From positions 1,488,001 to 1,552,000 of the forward strand of contig OZ287087.1 in NCBI GenBank assembly GCA_965645245.1: 64,000 nt of DNA, in the 5' to 3' direction. The notes under the pieces are model-generated. The model was not told the origin of the DNA. It saw nothing but the letters and a program-made list of their open reading frames with translations, and made no database searches. The stretch is from Massalongia carnosa. Its lineage: Eukaryota. The position numbers and the translations under genes were made by a program. Of this stretch, positions 60,636-64,000 are shown one piece after another (positions within the stretch are counted from its first letter, which is position 1; each line of letters starts with the position of its first letter).

Positions 60636-61755
60636 ACGTAATTGCCACCTATTCGGGCCAGCCACCTACTCGGGCCGCCCTATCAAAATGCATTGGCCAC
60701 CTAATTCTTTTCCATTATCATTCATCACCACCATCATTCCACCCATCTATTGCAACCATTGGACGTGGGTGTTTTTGGACCATTGAGTAAGGCTTACAAG
60801 CAATTGGTTTCTAGCAGATCTCGTTATGGGGCCGTAAACGTCTCGAAGGTGGAATTTCTAAATCTAATTCAGTTCGCAAGAAAACGGCCATGTCCACCAC
60901 CAACATCCTGAGTGATGAATAGTAAAATTCACGTGTGGGTATAATAGCATGATTGTCATTGAAGGTAATTATCTATGTGGGCTATCTACCTGCTTTTATA
61001 GCAGTCACATAACAGTAATGCTGTAGGCCTCCCATAGCTGCCTGTTAGGCACCTTCCATAACTGCCTATTAGGCACCTCTTATAGATGCCTGGCAGGCAC
61101 CCGTGGGACGCACGATGGATGCCTATATTAGTGGTAGTCTGACCATCTAACAGATTGTAGCCTTACCATTTAACACTGAGTGCCTGGCGAGGAACAGGTC
61201 TGGTTCCGTACAATCCTCAGCATGTTATAGACAAATTACCTAGACCAGTCACTCCTCCATCTTGTCGCGACGTCAATAATGACACTCCCAAAACGACCAA
61301 ACGGATTCAAGAGGCCAGCGACGTTTTGTTGACTCGTATGACTCCGTCTCTCCGCGCGCATGTTGATGTTCTAAAAACAACCGCTTTGAATGGTGTTGCT
61401 GATAGAATTATTTTACAGCATACCAATCAGGAATTGATTGCCAAACAGGATCAACGACGTCAAAAGACGTCTAGAAAAGGGCATGGAAAAGCAAAAGTGC
61501 TGACGGTGGGTAAAGAACGGGAGTTGGTATAGGAGAAGAGGCAAATGGATGAAGCATTGGCCAACAAAAAGGCACGATATCATGCTTTAAATGGGAAAGT
61601 GAAGTTCACGAAGATTGCCTGGAAGGAATTGGCCATGGACAGTGATGTTTTTAGCTAGTTTTGATGTTGATAGATGTAATGCGCTGATGGTGTTTCTCTA
61701 TTTGGCGGGTGGCCGGCCCGAATAGGTGGCTGGCCCGAATAGGTGGCAATTACGT
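60636..61755 (+). mobile_element. Internally deleted Fot1/pogo element D
   Basis: TIRs acgtaattgccacctattcgggcc / ggcccgaataggtggcaattacgt, TA TSD; residual LQPLDVGVFGPL and SAWRGTGLVPYNP. Confidence 0.9.
60913..61175 (-). mobile_element. Solo LTR of the Copia-1 family
   Basis: Reverse complement resembles 9236-9473; TSD ctgag; canonical TG...CA ends. Confidence 0.92.
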
Positions 61756-64000
61756 TATCTCCGTGATAAGCCCGGCTTAACTCTTTGGTCCTTCCATGAT
61801 AGGAGCAGGTCCAGATTGGGACTAGTCTAGATTAGCTGTATATAGACGAGCTTGCTCGCACATCTCAATGGACATCCTTTTACACACCCTTATTATGATG
61901 ATTACCTTTACAAATGGTAGCTCTGTCTCGCAGTACCATTGATTACTGTATAGATCACCAGGAGGAGTCCTCCACCAGAAGTAGCACTTCAACCAGTCTT
62001 CCTGCCAAAGCTCACCTCGGTTGAATTCACCGTGGCGAGGCCCAACCTGGCTTCCCAATTCTCCTCTGTTTCCCCTCCACAAGGTTCACCTCCACCTCTT
62101 TCAGAAGACCTTATTCTGTTAGCCTATCAAATCATTCATTACCGTAAGGAATACGGCTTTAGCTCGGACATCCTTCCCATTGAACGAACCATTCAGTATA
62201 TAGTCCACAGCTACAGAAGTCCGGAGGAATCATCATCAGGCCTTGCCCTCCGATCAGGTCGTGCTAGATCTCAGGTCCCCGCTAACTACCCGTTTCGTTG
62301 GAAGTCAGACTCTGCGGCCCTTCGATGGTAGTTCTAAACTTTTCTGACCGAACAAGGAGTTTCCGAGAGACACCTCAGTTGCTACACTACCTCGACCTTG
62401 ACCTTTCTCCTTCCGTAGGTGGCACCCCGGTCAGAGCCAATACACCAGTGGAGGAAGCCGACGTGGAGTTCGGAAGACCAGAAAGTTCCAGAAGTCATAT
62501 CAATCAGCCCGCCGTTATCATGGATAACGCTGCCCTCCAAGCTATGATAGCCGCTGCCGTAGCAGATTACTACCGGCAAAACCCACCAGTGCGTGGACCG
62601 CCTGGTCCACCTGGTCCCCAAGGCCCCCAGCCAGAGGTCGATGGACCTGCACCAGGGCAACCAAGGTGGAATGCAGCAGACGTAGGTTTCTTTGACCCCA
62701 TGTACGATGATAAGTCTTCCAATACTGGAAGTTCCATTGAGCATGTTGGAAAAGACACATACTTTAGAGATGTTCATCTATTCATAGAAAGGGTAAAAGA
62801 TATTTTCGCCATCAAGGGTGACCAGTTGATCAGAGAAAACCTGTTCACATGCCTTAGAGGCGTAGCTCTACAATGGTACACAGTCGAGCTATCTGACGAA
62901 GCTAAGCTTTTGGTAAGATATGGTCCTGGGGTTGATCATTGGACAACCTAGCTTCACAAGCGGTTCAAAGAGGCACCCAACGTCGCCATTGCGGCTGTAA
63001 TCAAAGGTAAGTACACTATGGAAGATGCTCGTCAACATCGAGAGCCCAGAGAGTACGCTGCCACCATGCTTCGTGCAGCTAAATCGGCCGAACTTGGCTC
63101 CACCGCTAATCACATCTTCCTCATCTACAACGGCTTGGATGTGGAATTCCAGAGAGATCTTCCATTACCTAACGTAGCCACTGATCTAGATATTTTCCTT
63201 CGCTCCCTACATGATCATAAACACATCTGGTGGCAACTAGCCTCTCGCCAGCAGAAGACGCCTGGATTCTCCAAACCTGATCGTACTTACGACATCAGGC
63301 CTAACAACCGAATCAACAAGTCAGCTAGTAAGTTCAACATCGGTCAACAAAGGCCTTTCTTTAGTAGTTCATCAGAAAGTTGGAACTACCAGCCCCGATC
63401 CGCCAACTGGCAGAATAGTCCCTCCTACAAACAATGGAATGGTCCTAACAATCAACAGCAGTTCCAGCAAGGTCCTACCTTACAAGTCACCGGTCGAACC
63501 CCTCTCGCCATAACGGCTACACCCAACGCGTCAAACGCATCAGCTTCCTCATCAAAACCAGACCGTCCTGCACAGGGATATCCAAGGTCAAACTACCGCA
63601 ATCAAAGAGGAGGAAACAAACAAAATCAAGGTGGCTATAGGAGGGCGTATCAGGCTTCAGTTGAAGACGACGAAGATCTGCAGGAGAGCCCCGGAACATC
63701 CTCAGTCGAGCCGGAGGACATGCCGGTAAATTTCGCTGGGTATGATGAGCATGGGAACGAGATGTTCTATGCAGAGCAGGATGCACCAGAGGAATCCGAG
63801 GACTTCGCTTGGTTTGTCGGCATAGACTCTTCCTGCACCAACTGTCAGGAATCCTTTCCATCGAAGAACAAACTACACAAACACCTACGGTCTGGATGTT
63901 CCAGGACATCGCCTGCCTCAAAAACCTTGAAAAAATTTGCAAATTTCACTTCTAACAAACTGTCAGTTGACAAAGAGAATGAACACGGATCGAACGTCTA

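Larger units (their letters stand above)
60587..64000 (+). mobile_element. 5' part of a Gypsy-like LTR element (LTR interrupted by pogo D; gag with a nonsense codon), continuing beyond the window
   Basis: tgtcacg start at 60587; gag-like DVGFFDP, YFRDVHLFIER, CLRGVALQWY, IYNGLDVEFQRDL, CAG>TAG at 62949; C2H2-like CTNCQESFPSKNKLHKHL near 63830. LTR end not resolved. Confidence 0.7.

Noticed and set aside
62595..62630. Collagen-like GPPGPPGPQGPQ
   Set aside because: Short low-complexity linker in a retroelement gag, not a collagen gene.
1..64000. Starship giant element
   Set aside because: Cargo-like genes are present, but no DUF3435 tyrosine recombinase or element boundary is visible in this window.

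Overview
Fungal (filamentous ascomycete-type) genomic DNA with spliceosomal introns, from a transposon-rich accessory region. Host-type genes: the 3' end of a beta-propeller-like gene, an APC amino-acid permease, a lipase(SesB-like)-NACHT-ankyrin NLR cut by a Copia element, a SOM1-like gene broken by a 158-bp micro-inversion head-to-head with an XRCC2-like Rad51 paralog, a secreted S41 peptidase, a DUF6594-like pseudogene, and an inverted pair of PNP_UDP_1-NACHT-ZZ-(ANK) NLR copies (one full length, one cut back to a stand-alone PNP domain). Roughly two thirds of the window is nested mobile DNA: two Copia, one complete chromovirus, one partial Gypsy-like element, a Tad1-like LINE, four pogo/Fot1/CENP-B-type and two Tc1-like DNA transposons, a CACTA-ended element and seven solo LTRs, most with readable TSDs. 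The most notable signals are concentrated divergence in a ZZ finger inside the NACHT of the NLR pair, an intron collapsed to 12 in-frame nt, LTRs ending TG...TA, an in-frame UGA between gag and pol of a young Copia, and a chimeric Copia joining two loci. All family calls come from motif recognition, not database searches. Several single-base frameshifts lie in homopolymers and may be assembly errors.
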